A program made the translations under genes and the position numbers. Positions 42,232 to 52,190 of a stretch of 64,000 nt of DNA are shown here, one piece after another. Each line of letters opens with the position of its first letter. Position 1 is the first letter of the stretch. The notes below the pieces were generated by a model. It made no database searches. It saw nothing but the letters and a program-made list of their open reading frames with translations, and had not been told where the DNA came from. The DNA comes from an uncultured Bacteroides sp. (GTDB lineage Bacteria > Bacteroidota > Bacteroidia > Bacteroidales > UBA932), in contig CAMCGB010000002.1 of assembly GCA_945874355.1 (NCBI GenBank), positions 137,475 to 201,474 on the forward strand. The letters run 5' to 3'.

Positions 42232-43473
42232 ATGATACCAGTCATTCATATAGAAGATTACTCATATCTTCTTCCGGACGAAAGGATAGCCAAATATCCT
42301 CTCCCTGAGCGCGACCTTTCAAAGCTCCTCATATATAAAGACGGTTCTGTAAGCGGGACAATCTTCAGAAACCTGCCCGAGCATCTTGATTCTGACAGCA
42401 TTATGGTGTTCAACGATACCAAAGTTGTTCCCGCAAGGCTGTTTTTCCGCCGCGAAAGTGGCGCCCATATCGAAGTATTCTGCCTCGAGCCTCTCGATCC
42501 TGCCGAATATGTCAGCAGTTTCGACGCCCGCAGCAGCTGCGTTTGGAAGTGCGTTGTAGGTAATGCCAAAAGGTGGAAGTCGGACACTCTGAGCCTCGAT
42601 CTTGAAGCGGCAGAAGGGAACTTCTCAAAGGTGGACCTGGATACTCTCAAGTCGCTGAATTTCAGGGCGTCTCTTATTGAAAGGGATGGCCAGACGGCGA
42701 GCGTACGCTTCGATTGGGACGGTGATTTGTGCTTCTCTGCGGTGCTCGATCTGTGCGGCAGGGTGCCCATCCCTCCTTATCTGAACAGGGAGACTGAGCA
42801 GATAGACCTGGAGCGATACCAGACCCTGTACGCCCATATCAAAGGCTCTGTAGCGGCGCCTACGGCAGGGCTCCATTTCACTCAGAACGTGCTTGATGCC
42901 ATAAAGAGTAAAGGCATTGATATGCAGACCGTTTGCCTGCACGTCGGGGCCGGCACCTTCCTTCCTGTGAAGAGCTCCCTGGTGAGCGAGCATCCTATGC
43001 ACCGCGAGCCTTTCATCATCAAAAAGTCCTTCATCGAGGACCTGCTCCGCTCCAATAAGAAGCTGATTGCAGTTGGCACCACCTCCGTAAGGACCTTGGA
43101 ATCACTGTATTATGTTGGAGTGTCGATTCTTGAGAAAGGCTTCCCCGAGGATGTTCAGCAGTGGGTGCCTTATGAGAGGGAGTATCCTTACAGCAAGGAG
43201 CAGTCACTTGAAGCGATACTTCAATATATGAATAGCAATTCGCTTGAAGAGTTGAAGATAGGTACGCGCATAATTATCGTGCCCGGGTTCACTTTCAGGA
43301 TGGTCGATATGCTGGTGACCAATTTCCACCAGAGCCAGAGCACTCTGCTTCTGCTGATTTCGGCTTTCATCGGCGGGGATTGGCGCACTGTTTACGACTA
43401 TGCGCTGGGCCACGATTTCCGCTTCCTCAGCTATGGCGACAGTTCGCTGCTGTATCGTCGCGATGCCAAATAA
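42232..43473 (+). CDS. queA: S-adenosylmethionine:tRNA ribosyltransferase-isomerase
   Basis: N-terminal DYSYLLPDERIAKYPL and C-terminal TNFHQSQSTLLLL and RF(L/F)SYGD motifs. Confidence 0.9.
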   Translation: MIPVIHIEDYSYLLPDERIAKYPLPERDLSKLLIYKDGSVSGTIFRNLPEHLDSDSIMVFNDTKVVPARLFFRRESGAHIEVFCLEPLDPAEYVSSFDARSSCVWKCVVGNAKRWKSDTLSLDLEAAEGNFSKVDLDTLKSLNFRASLIERDGQTASVRFDWDGDLCFSAVLDLCGRVPIPPYLNRETEQIDLERYQTLYAHIKGSVAAPTAGLHFTQNVLDAIKSKGIDMQTVCLHVGAGTFLPVKSSLVSEHPMHREPFIIKKSFIEDLLRSNKKLIAVGTTSVRTLESLYYVGVSILEKGFPEDVQQWVPYEREYPYSKEQSLEAILQYMNSNSLEELKIGTRIIIVPGFTFRMVDMLVTNFHQSQSTLLLLISAFIGGDWRTVYDYALGHDFRFLSYGDSSLLYRRDAK

Positions 43474-43529
43474 CCCGAAACCTATATTATAAATATTGTC
43501 TGTTAGATATTGCAAAGCTTGTTGATTAT

Positions 43530-44681
43530 ATGTCTGAAATAGATTACGCAAACATCAGCCCCTACACCGACGAACAGGCGGTAGAGGCTCTCCATAAAGT
43601 GGCACGCAACCCTATGCTGCCTGTCATTTCGAAGTTCCTTTTCCCCGACGAGCCTTTTTACAGTCTGCACAGGATGCTCAAGAGCATCAATTCCATTGAC
43701 GAATTCCAGGAAGTGGTGATGTCCAAGATGGTGGTGGCGGACGTACAGAGGACTTCGTCCGGATTCACCTACGAGGGCATCGAGCATCTGGACACGGGCA
43801 AGACCTTCCTGGCAGTTTCTAACCACAGGGACATCATTCTCGACCCTGCCCTCATCCAATGGACCCTTTTCCATAATAAGATGCCTCTGACCGAGATCTG
43901 CGTCGGAAGCAATCTGCTGGAAGGCAACAAAATCGTGGCCGACCTTCTGCGGAGCAACCGTATGATAAAGGTAATCAGGGGGATAAGTGCAAGGGAGCTG
44001 TATCTTTCGAGCAAGCTCCTTTCTTCCTACATACGCAGCCGTGTGGCTTCAGGAGAGGCTTCGGTGTGGGTGGCACAGCGGGAAGGCCGCACCAAGAACG
44101 GAATAGACCTCACCGAGCAGGGGCTGCTTAAGATGTTCGATATGAGCGGCACCAAGGGCTTCAAGGAGAACTTTATGGAGCTGAATATCACGCCGATGAG
44201 CATCTCCTACGAGTATGAGTCCTGCGATATGAAAAAGGCCCGGGAGCTGTATCTTTCGAAGGACCGCAAGTATGTGAAAAAGAGGACGGAAGACCTGCAC
44301 AGCATAATGACGGGCATCAAGCAGTGGAAGGGCCGCATACACCTCAGTATCGACACTCCGCTCACCGAAGAAGAGATCGAGAGGGCTTCGATCTGCGACA
44401 AGAACGACCGTTACCAGTACATTCGCCATGTGCTGGACTATCGCATTGTCAAGCTCTATAAATTGTGGAAAACCAATTATATGGGCTACGACCTGATGAA
44501 CAGGACGACCAAATACTCGTCGCTCTACGGCAAGGACGACCTGGAGGCTTTCAAGGCTTATACTGAGCACAAGCTCTCCAAAGTCGAGCGAAATCTGGAC
44601 CGCGACGCTCTGAGGCAGCTGTTCTGGGAGATTTACGGCAATCCAGTGGCAAGAAAAGAGGAACTTTGTCCTATAGATTAA
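43530..44681 (+). CDS. PlsC-family glycerolipid/lysophospholipid acyltransferase
   Basis: Acyltransferase motif VSNHRDIILDP and downstream EGRTKNG block. Start set at MSEIDYANI. Confidence 0.7.
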   Translation: MSEIDYANISPYTDEQAVEALHKVARNPMLPVISKFLFPDEPFYSLHRMLKSINSIDEFQEVVMSKMVVADVQRTSSGFTYEGIEHLDTGKTFLAVSNHRDIILDPALIQWTLFHNKMPLTEICVGSNLLEGNKIVADLLRSNRMIKVIRGISARELYLSSKLLSSYIRSRVASGEASVWVAQREGRTKNGIDLTEQGLLKMFDMSGTKGFKENFMELNITPMSISYEYESCDMKKARELYLSKDRKYVKKRTEDLHSIMTGIKQWKGRIHLSIDTPLTEEEIERASICDKNDRYQYIRHVLDYRIVKLYKLWKTNYMGYDLMNRTTKYSSLYGKDDLEAFKAYTEHKLSKVERNLDRDALRQLFWEIYGNPVARKEELCPID

Positions 44682-44682
44682 T

Positions 44683-44701
44683 CCCGAAACCCTCTTTCGG
44701 G
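44683..44701 (+). terminator. short GC hairpin after the acyltransferase gene
   Basis: cccgaaa/tttcggg forms a 7-bp stem with a 5-nt loop, 2 nt after the stop. No clear T-run follows. Confidence 0.35.
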
Positions 44702-44733
44702 GCCTTTACCCCTATTGTTATACAATTTATATT

Positions 44734-47088
44734 ATGTTAACTAAACAGCATACAACCGTCCCCCGGACACTTGTTGTCGCCTTGCTGTTCGTCCTGTCGT
44801 CATTCGCCGTCCTTGGCGGTGAGCTTGTGGATAAGGTTAATCCGTTCGTGGACACCCACAAGTCGCGCTGGTTCTTTTTCAATTCGGCCAGCCGTCCGTT
44901 CGGCCTCGTGTCGCTCAATCCGGACACTGCAACCAAAGGCTCCTGGAAGTCCGGATATATGTATGACTCATTGACTGTCAAGTGTTTCAGTCACGTTCAT
45001 AACTGGCAGATGTCAGGCGTCGCCGTTATGCCTGCTACAGGCGGATTCAAGGCTAATAAAGGCATGGACGCCTATCAGTCCCGCTTCTCGCACGAAGGCG
45101 AAATCGCAAAGCCGGGCTATCATAAGCTTTACCTTGAGGACTACGGGGTGACCGCTGAGCTGAGCTGTACGCAAAGAGTTGGTTTTCATAGATATACATA
45201 CCCCGAAAGCGACTCTTCGCAGATAATTTTCGACACCGGTGCCTACCTTGCCCACTCCCCTACGGAATTCTCCCAGGTCTGGCTTGTGGACGACCATACT
45301 GTGGCCGGTTATCAGATTTGTGCTCCTACAAGCCGCCGTCCCAAGCCCGTAAGCGTGTACTTTTATGCCGTGATTGACAAAAGAATCGAAAGGACGGTCT
45401 TCTGGAAGGAACAGGAAGTCGTTACGCCCAAGACTCCCCTTGTGTGCGGAAAAGATGCCGGAATGGCCGTCTTCTTCCATACCCGTGAGGGCGAAGCGGT
45501 GCAGATGAAGGTCGGGGTCTCTTTCACAAGCGTCGAAAATGCCAGGCTGAATCTGCTGGACGAAGCGGAAGGAATTGATTTTGAGCAGGCTAAGAATGAT
45601 AGCATCGACGAGTGGGAGGAGATGCTTTCGAGAATCAGGGTCGAGGGCGGCAGCGAAGAGCAGCAGGTGAAGTTCTACACTGACCTTTGGCACTCCCTTC
45701 TCGGACGGCATAAGGTGAGCGACTCGAGAGGAAGCTATGCGGACAATACCGGGCCCTATCCGATTATTCGCCAAATACCTCTGAATGAGCAGGGTAAGCC
45801 CCAGTACGACCATTATAACTTCGATGCCTGGTGGGGCAGCCACTGGTCTTTGAACATACTCTGGACTATGGTATATCCCGAGATTGTGGACGCTTTCTGC
45901 AACACGATGCTGGACTATTACAGCAATGGCGGACTGATTCCGCGCGGCCCTTCGGGAGGGAATTATACCTATGTGATGATAGGTGACCCTGCCGTAAGTT
46001 TCTTTGCGGCGGCCATCAACAAGGGCATCAGGGGCTTCGATACTAAGAAAGCCTACGAAGGCCTGCGGAAGAACGCTTTTGAAGGTGGAATTCGCGACCA
46101 CGCCGGTTATGAGCACTCTGCAGACGCTTGCAGCGGAGGAATGAAGTACTATCAGAGCATCGGCTACGTGCCGGAAGACCGTCCGGAAAAGACGGGCAAC
46201 CACGTAGGCGGAGCTTCAATGACCCTGGAGTATGCCTATCAGGACTGGTGCCTCTCGCAGATAGCCCTCGCCCTGGGCAAGGAGCAGGACTACAGATTCT
46301 TTCTCGACAGGAGCGCTTCGTGGCGCAATGTCTGGGATGACGGACGGGGCTATATGAACGGGCGCCTGATGAACGGAGAGTTCCTGGAGGATTTCGACCC
46401 TCTGGAAATCAGCGAGTCCGACGGATTCTGCGAGAGCAATGCGGCGATTTATTCGCATTATGTGCCTCACGATGTGCCCTCCCTTATTGAAGTTCACGGA
46501 GGCCGCAAGGCCTACATCGATAAGCTCAACACTCAGTTTGAGCTCAGCGAGCCGGGCGGATTCCTGAGGGTGATGAGCGAGGAGAGAAAGAGCCTGAACT
46601 GGGCCGATTACGGCAACCAGCCTGGCACCGGGATGGCCCATCTCTTCTCCTATGCAGGTGCCCCCTACCTCACTCAGAAGTGGGTCAGGAAGGTCAAGGC
46701 GGCCTATAGCGACATCACTCCCTATGGCGGCTATAGGGACGACGAGGACCAGGGGCAGATGGGAGCCCTGGGCGTACTGATGGCAATAGGCCTGTTTGAG
46801 GAGGACGGCGGCTGCAGGGTGGATCCCTATTACGAGATCTGTTCCCCTGTTTTCGACCGCATAAGCATCAGCCTGAATCCCGATTACTACCCCGGCGGGA
46901 AGTTTGAGATAATATGCAGGAACAATTCTGATAAGAATATGTACATACAGCGCGCCTGGCTCAATTCCCAAAAATGGGACAAATGCATTTTCCCTCACGA
47001 CACATTTGCCAAGGGAGGCAGCCTGGTTCTGGAAATGGGGCCAAGACCGAATCGAAGCTGGGGCGCAGACACATTTGGGCGCCATTGA
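44734..47088 (+). CDS. GH92-family alpha-mannosidase
   Basis: Signal peptide. NPFVDTHKSRWFFFNSASRPFGLVSLNPDT N-terminus is typical of GH92. 784 aa. Confidence 0.85.
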   Translation: MLTKQHTTVPRTLVVALLFVLSSFAVLGGELVDKVNPFVDTHKSRWFFFNSASRPFGLVSLNPDTATKGSWKSGYMYDSLTVKCFSHVHNWQMSGVAVMPATGGFKANKGMDAYQSRFSHEGEIAKPGYHKLYLEDYGVTAELSCTQRVGFHRYTYPESDSSQIIFDTGAYLAHSPTEFSQVWLVDDHTVAGYQICAPTSRRPKPVSVYFYAVIDKRIERTVFWKEQEVVTPKTPLVCGKDAGMAVFFHTREGEAVQMKVGVSFTSVENARLNLLDEAEGIDFEQAKNDSIDEWEEMLSRIRVEGGSEEQQVKFYTDLWHSLLGRHKVSDSRGSYADNTGPYPIIRQIPLNEQGKPQYDHYNFDAWWGSHWSLNILWTMVYPEIVDAFCNTMLDYYSNGGLIPRGPSGGNYTYVMIGDPAVSFFAAAINKGIRGFDTKKAYEGLRKNAFEGGIRDHAGYEHSADACSGGMKYYQSIGYVPEDRPEKTGNHVGGASMTLEYAYQDWCLSQIALALGKEQDYRFFLDRSASWRNVWDDGRGYMNGRLMNGEFLEDFDPLEISESDGFCESNAAIYSHYVPHDVPSLIEVHGGRKAYIDKLNTQFELSEPGGFLRVMSEERKSLNWADYGNQPGTGMAHLFSYAGAPYLTQKWVRKVKAAYSDITPYGGYRDDEDQGQMGALGVLMAIGLFEEDGGCRVDPYYEICSPVFDRISISLNPDYYPGGKFEIICRNNSDKNMYIQRAWLNSQKWDKCIFPHDTFAKGGSLVLEMGPRPNRSWGADTFGRH

Positions 47089-47168
47089 GCGCAGGAATTC
47101 AGAAAAATTTTGCGATATTAGCATTTTGTACACTTGCCAGCCTGCTTAGGCCATAAACGCAAAGAAAA

Positions 47169-48593
47169 ATGGGAAGAAACAATAAACCGGACCTTGTCCT
47201 TGAGTCCCTGGAGATAGAAGCGGTAGCCGCTGAAGGAAAGTCGATAGCCCACGCTCCCGACGGGAGGGTGGTGTTTGTAGATTATGCTGTGCCGGGTGAT
47301 GTGGCAGACGTGAGGATTCTGAAACGGAAGAAGAACTATATGGAAGGCCGCATCGAGACTCTTGTAAAGCCTTCGGAGCACAGGGTGGAGCCTTTTTGCT
47401 CTCATTTCGGCGTGTGCGGAGGTTGCCGCTGGCAGCATCTCCCCTACTCAATGCAGCTTGAGGCCAAACGCAGCCAGGTTGTGGACCAGCTCCAGCGCAT
47501 AGGCCATCTGGACATCCCTGAAGTCAGGCCAACCCTGGGCTCAAAGAATACGGTTTACTACCGTAACAAGCTGGAATTCACCGCTTCACCGCGAAGATGG
47601 ATACTCTCCGGCGAGACTTCGGACAATCTCGGCGACGAAGAGCTCTGCGGGCTCGGATTCCACGTCGGGAAGTATTTCGACAAGGTGCTTGACATCAAAG
47701 AGTGTTTCCTCCAGGGAGAACCTTCGAACTCACTTCGCATCTTTGTAAAGCAATACGCAATCCAGAATGGCATCAGTTTCTATAATTTGAGGGAGAACCA
47801 CGGACAGCTGCGCAGTATGTTTGTCCGGACCTCTTCCACGGGCGAGCTGATGCTTATAGTCTGCTTCGGAGAGGACTTCGACGGCAGGGAGAGGATGCTT
47901 TCTGACATATATGAAGCTTTCCCTCAGATAAGCTCACTTTACTATATTATCAACAAGAAGTTGAACGATTCGATTTCCGATCAGGAATGTATACTCTTCA
48001 AGGGCTCTGAATGCATACACGAGACTATGGAGGGGCTCACTTTCCGCATCGGGCCCAAGTCATTCTATCAGACCAACAGCGACCAGGCCTACGAACTGTA
48101 CAAAGTGGCCAGGGAGTTTGCCGCCCTGAATGGAGGCGAGGTTGTATATGACCTGTACACCGGAACCGGCACCATCGCCCAGTTCGTAAGCCGCAAAGCT
48201 TCCAGGGTGATAGGTATAGAATACGTCCCGGAAGCGATTGAGGATGCCAAGACCAATGCCAGACTCAACGGAATAGAGAATTGTGAGTTCTATGCCGGAG
48301 ATATGAAGGATGTGCTCACCTCCTCGTTCATAGCCGCACACGGGAAGCCTGATGTGATGATTGTGGATCCCCCAAGAGCCGGAATGCACCCGGATGTGGT
48401 AAAGACCATCCTGGCCTCGGCTCCCGAAAGGATAGTGTATGTCAGCTGCAATCCGGCCTCACAGGCGCGCGATTTGCAGATGATGAGTTCCGATTATGAA
48501 ATAGTTGCCGTCCAGCCTGTAGATATGTTCCCGCACACTCAACACGTGGAGAATGTATGCAAACTGGTGCGGAGACCCCAAAAATGTGAATAA
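47169..48593 (+). CDS. rlmD: 23S rRNA (uracil-C5)-methyltransferase RlmD/RumA type
   Basis: TRAM-like N-terminus, Fe-S cysteines CSHFGVCGGCRWQH, SAM motif DLYTGTGT and catalytic VSCNP. Confidence 0.9.
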   Translation: MGRNNKPDLVLESLEIEAVAAEGKSIAHAPDGRVVFVDYAVPGDVADVRILKRKKNYMEGRIETLVKPSEHRVEPFCSHFGVCGGCRWQHLPYSMQLEAKRSQVVDQLQRIGHLDIPEVRPTLGSKNTVYYRNKLEFTASPRRWILSGETSDNLGDEELCGLGFHVGKYFDKVLDIKECFLQGEPSNSLRIFVKQYAIQNGISFYNLRENHGQLRSMFVRTSSTGELMLIVCFGEDFDGRERMLSDIYEAFPQISSLYYIINKKLNDSISDQECILFKGSECIHETMEGLTFRIGPKSFYQTNSDQAYELYKVAREFAALNGGEVVYDLYTGTGTIAQFVSRKASRVIGIEYVPEAIEDAKTNARLNGIENCEFYAGDMKDVLTSSFIAAHGKPDVMIVDPPRAGMHPDVVKTILASAPERIVYVSCNPASQARDLQMMSSDYEIVAVQPVDMFPHTQHVENVCKLVRRPQKCE

Positions 48594-48595
48594 TT

Positions 48596-49540
48596 ATGCC
48601 TATACTGGTTGAAATCTTACTTTTGATTGCCGGTCTGATACTGGTCGTGTTGGGAGCAGATGCCCTTGTCGATGGAGCGTCGTCTGTCGCCAAGAGGCTG
48701 GGAGTCAGCGAGTTCGTCATAGGACTTGTGATTGTCGGTTTCGGGACCAGCTGCCCCGAGCTTGTGGTCAGCCTCACCGGTGCGTTCAAGGGCAATGCCG
48801 ACATCTCGGTCGGCAATGTTGTAGGTTCGAACATTTTCAACACCCTGCTCATCCTTGGACTTACGGCTGTGGTGGCTCCTGTGGCTGTCACCTCTTCCAA
48901 TTCGCGAAAAGATATTCCCCTTGCCCTGCTGATTTCTTTCCTGTTTGTATTCCTTGCCGTCCAGGGCGATGGAATATCAAGATTCGAAGGCATCCTGTTC
49001 CTTCTGCTTTTCATTGCCTATATCATTTTCAGCTTCAAGTCTTCCAAGGCTTCTTCCGCTCAGGATGACTCCGAGCAGACCAGGACCCGCGGCCTCGGGG
49101 TTTCCATACTTATGATTCTACTGGGCTTGGCCGGTCTTATAATTGGAGGTCAGCTCTTTGTCGATAATGCCTGTTCTCTGGCCAGGGAGCTTGGAGTATC
49201 GGACAAGATTATCGCCATCACCCTGCTTGCCGGAGGCACCTCACTTCCAGAACTCGCCACCTGCATAGTTGCCGCCGCAAAGCATAAAGACCAGCTTGCC
49301 CTTGGCAATATCCTGGGATCCAACGTGTTCAATATACTTCTCATTTTGGGTTGCTCTGCAGTGGTCACTCCCCTTTCGACTATATCGATGAATTTTGTCG
49401 ATTTCGGAGTTCTGCTTCTGAGTGCGATTCTGATCTGGTTGTTTACCTACACCGGAACGAGGAACCGGATTGACCGTTGGGAAGGGGCTCTGCTTGTGGC
49501 CAGCTTCATTGCTTATTTCGCTTATTTATTCATACAATAA
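48596..49540 (+). CDS. Ca2+/Na+ antiporter (CaCA/YrbG family)
   Basis: Two alpha-repeat motifs (GTSCPEL and GTSLPEL) in a polytopic membrane protein. Confidence 0.85.
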   Translation: MPILVEILLLIAGLILVVLGADALVDGASSVAKRLGVSEFVIGLVIVGFGTSCPELVVSLTGAFKGNADISVGNVVGSNIFNTLLILGLTAVVAPVAVTSSNSRKDIPLALLISFLFVFLAVQGDGISRFEGILFLLLFIAYIIFSFKSSKASSAQDDSEQTRTRGLGVSILMILLGLAGLIIGGQLFVDNACSLARELGVSDKIIAITLLAGGTSLPELATCIVAAAKHKDQLALGNILGSNVFNILLILGCSAVVTPLSTISMNFVDFGVLLLSAILIWLFTYTGTRNRIDRWEGALLVASFIAYFAYLFIQ

Positions 49541-49558
49541 TAATTAGTACTAAAACAT

Positions 49559-50842
49559 ATGAGATTCAAGCCTACCAGTTACAAACTGATGAACGTTGCG
49601 GACGGTAGAGTCTTCGACGATCAGGGTTGGACCCTTTCCGACCCTCAGAGTTCAGAGCCTTCGCTAGTCAGGGCCATATATGACAAAAGGCTTTTCACTC
49701 CGAACGACTCTCTCCCGGGCATTTACCGCTATGCGGACTGGATGCCCATAAACCGCACCCTGCGCAAGTCCTGCGCCCCGGTTACATATAAGTCTGAGGG
49801 CCTTGCCGCGCATCTTGGGCTGGAGAATCTCTACATTACTTTCTCCGGCTACAATCCTGAAATCGGAGCAGAGATGAAGACCTGCTCCTTCAAGGAGACC
49901 GAAGCTTATACGGTGTGCGCCAGAATGTCAAAAGAAGAGGACAGGGTGCTGATAGTGCAGTCGGCCGGCAATACGGCCAGAGCCTTTGCCCAGGTGTGCT
50001 CGGACAACAATATCCCCGTGGTGATATGCATCCCCGAGGACAGCAGCCACGATTTGTGGTTCCACAGAAGGCTTCGCGAATGTGTCAAGGTGGTGGCTGT
50101 GCCCCACGGATGCGACTATTACGACGCCATTACTATCGGAGAGAAGCTCGCTTCGGACCCTCATTACTTCCTGGAAGGCGGCGCGAAGAATGTCGCAAGG
50201 CGTGACGGTATGGGTACCACCATCCTGAGTTTTGTGGAGAAGACAGGAAGGATTCCTGACGTTTATTTCCAGGCCGTAGGTTCCGGCACCGGAGCTATCG
50301 CCGCTTGGGAAAATGCCGAAAGACTTGCCCAGGACGGCCGTTTCGGCAAGAACAAGATGAGGGTTTATGTCTGCCAGAATACTCCTTTCACTCTGATTCA
50401 CGACTCCTGGAAGGCCGCTTCGCGCTCTCTCGCCCCGCTCGAACCGGAGCAGGGAAGGCGCAATGCCGAGATGATTATGGCCAAGGTTCTGGCTAACCGC
50501 AAACCGCCTTATTCGCTTGCCGGAGGCCTTTATGATACTCTTGTAGCAAGCCACGGCGACACCTATGTCTCCAGCAACGATGAGATTCTCTACTCTACCC
50601 TGCTCTTCAGGGACCTTGAGGGATATGACCTTCTGCCCGCAGCAAGTGCGGCCGTTTCCGGTCTTATCAAGGCCGTCAAGGAGGGCAAGGTCAAGAAGGA
50701 CGAGCTCGTGATGCTCAACTGTACCGGCGGCGGAAGCCTCAAGTCCATGAGCAAGGGCTACAAAATCAAGGAGCCTGACCTTATTGTGGATCCGGACATC
50801 GACAGCGAGGAGCTGGTAAAGATGGTGGACGGCCTGTTCTAG
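49559..50842 (+). CDS. threonine-synthase-fold PLP enzyme, probable cysteate synthase
   Basis: PLP-lysine context TCSFKETEA. N-terminal YRYADWMPI block resembles cysteate synthases as I recall them. About 427 aa. Confidence 0.5.
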   Translation: MRFKPTSYKLMNVADGRVFDDQGWTLSDPQSSEPSLVRAIYDKRLFTPNDSLPGIYRYADWMPINRTLRKSCAPVTYKSEGLAAHLGLENLYITFSGYNPEIGAEMKTCSFKETEAYTVCARMSKEEDRVLIVQSAGNTARAFAQVCSDNNIPVVICIPEDSSHDLWFHRRLRECVKVVAVPHGCDYYDAITIGEKLASDPHYFLEGGAKNVARRDGMGTTILSFVEKTGRIPDVYFQAVGSGTGAIAAWENAERLAQDGRFGKNKMRVYVCQNTPFTLIHDSWKAASRSLAPLEPEQGRRNAEMIMAKVLANRKPPYSLAGGLYDTLVASHGDTYVSSNDEILYSTLLFRDLEGYDLLPAASAAVSGLIKAVKEGKVKKDELVMLNCTGGGSLKSMSKGYKIKEPDLIVDPDIDSEELVKMVDGLF

Positions 50843-50853
50843 TGTGCAGGGGC

Positions 50854-51510
50854 CTAGAAGGACAGGGCTATACTGAAATTGAGAGCGCAATAGTACGCAT
50901 CATTCTTGCGTATGTTGCGCTTTTCTACTGTCCCTGAGCTTTCGGGATTGACAAGGTCCGGGTGGTCGCTGGAACCCTGCACCCGCAGCAGGAGATCAAG
51001 CGCGGTGCCGCTGCGGGTGAGACTGAAGTGATAACCTCCCCCTGCGGCAACGAGGAAGAGGGCGTTTTTCTGGACGGAAGCCCTGGTCTTGATTCCTGTG
51101 CCGGCTTGAAGAAATACTACTGCTGAGTCGTTATAAAAACTTGAAGTATAATAGTTTATCCTTATATTCACGGGGATGCATCGGCTGTGCCTGTAAATGC
51201 CGCATAAGCCTGCTGTGGCGCTGGTGCTGAAATGCTTGCCCATAACCCAGTCAACCCCGGCATAAACTTCAGCATTTGTGAAGAAGTCCGCACCTTTGAA
51301 TTCTCCCCTTATCCGGTAGCCTTCCTGGCTGTCGAAGTTGTAGCTGTGGTAGCGGTAAAAGGTCTCGCCAATGCCCCATTCCAGCCTGGGATGCAGACCG
51401 GCTGCCCTGGCGCCGTTCTCTCCTGCTTCGCCGCAGCGTCCGCTCAACGGCAGAAGGCAGAGAAGAAGAGTCAGGAAGAGTTTATATGGGAAGGCTCTGT
51501 TCATTGTCAA
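50854..51510 (-). CDS. predicted outer-membrane beta-barrel protein
   Basis: Signal peptide, alternating-hydrophobic pattern and C-terminal ...IALSF. Confidence 0.45.
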   Translation of the reverse strand: MTMNRAFPYKLFLTLLLCLLPLSGRCGEAGENGARAAGLHPRLEWGIGETFYRYHSYNFDSQEGYRIRGEFKGADFFTNAEVYAGVDWVMGKHFSTSATAGLCGIYRHSRCIPVNIRINYYTSSFYNDSAVVFLQAGTGIKTRASVQKNALFLVAAGGGYHFSLTRSGTALDLLLRVQGSSDHPDLVNPESSGTVEKRNIRKNDAYYCALNFSIALSF

Positions 51511-52088
51511 AAACGGTATAAAAGACTAAGCTGCGGGGCGAGCAGGTAATAGAAACCCAATTTATAGAGCGACACCCTCAGGGAGTTGTTGCTGCTTTCA
51601 GTGCGGATGTGCAGTCCCGGATTGAAGCTGTAGCTCAGGTCGATAGTAAGATTGCGCTCAAAATCAACGGATAAGCCTGCATTGATACAAAGACAGAATA
51701 TGCCTCCCATATTCTTCTCAAGGAAACGTGCCGGGCTTTTGCTGAACACTCCCTTTTCGTAATCGTGGACATAACCGCAGGTGGCTCCCACTCCGGAGTG
51801 GAGCGCGGCAGAAACGTCAGGGGTGCTGAACATCTTCAGGATATAGTTGTGGGTGTAGGACAGCACGATGCCCACATCCTTGGTCCTTTCGGAGGGAAGA
51901 CCATAGACATCGGCGTACAGGTTCAGGATTTCAACTTCGCTGCCAGACGGACTGTCGACCTGAAGGGAGAGTCCCGCACCTTTCGGAGAGCAGAGCAGGC
52001 CGGCACAAACGCTCCGGCCCTGAGCTGAAGCGATGCAGCTCAGAAACAGGCAGGACAGTACAAGCGCAGTGCGAAGGTGTAGGTTCAT
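51507..52088 (-). CDS. predicted outer-membrane beta-barrel protein
   Basis: Signal peptide (SCIASAQG) and C-terminal ...LLYRF. ATGA-type overlap with the downstream gene. Confidence 0.45.
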   Translation of the reverse strand: MNLHLRTALVLSCLFLSCIASAQGRSVCAGLLCSPKGAGLSLQVDSPSGSEVEILNLYADVYGLPSERTKDVGIVLSYTHNYILKMFSTPDVSAALHSGVGATCGYVHDYEKGVFSKSPARFLEKNMGGIFCLCINAGLSVDFERNLTIDLSYSFNPGLHIRTESSNNSLRVSLYKLGFYYLLAPQLSLLYRF

Positions 52089-52190
52089 GAATGCTAATAT
52101 ATAGTTTTCTTTGATTTTTTCCTATGAAAATTGTAAATTCGCGTCGTTTATCCGACATATTGAACATAAGACTTACTAAAAATAAACCTG

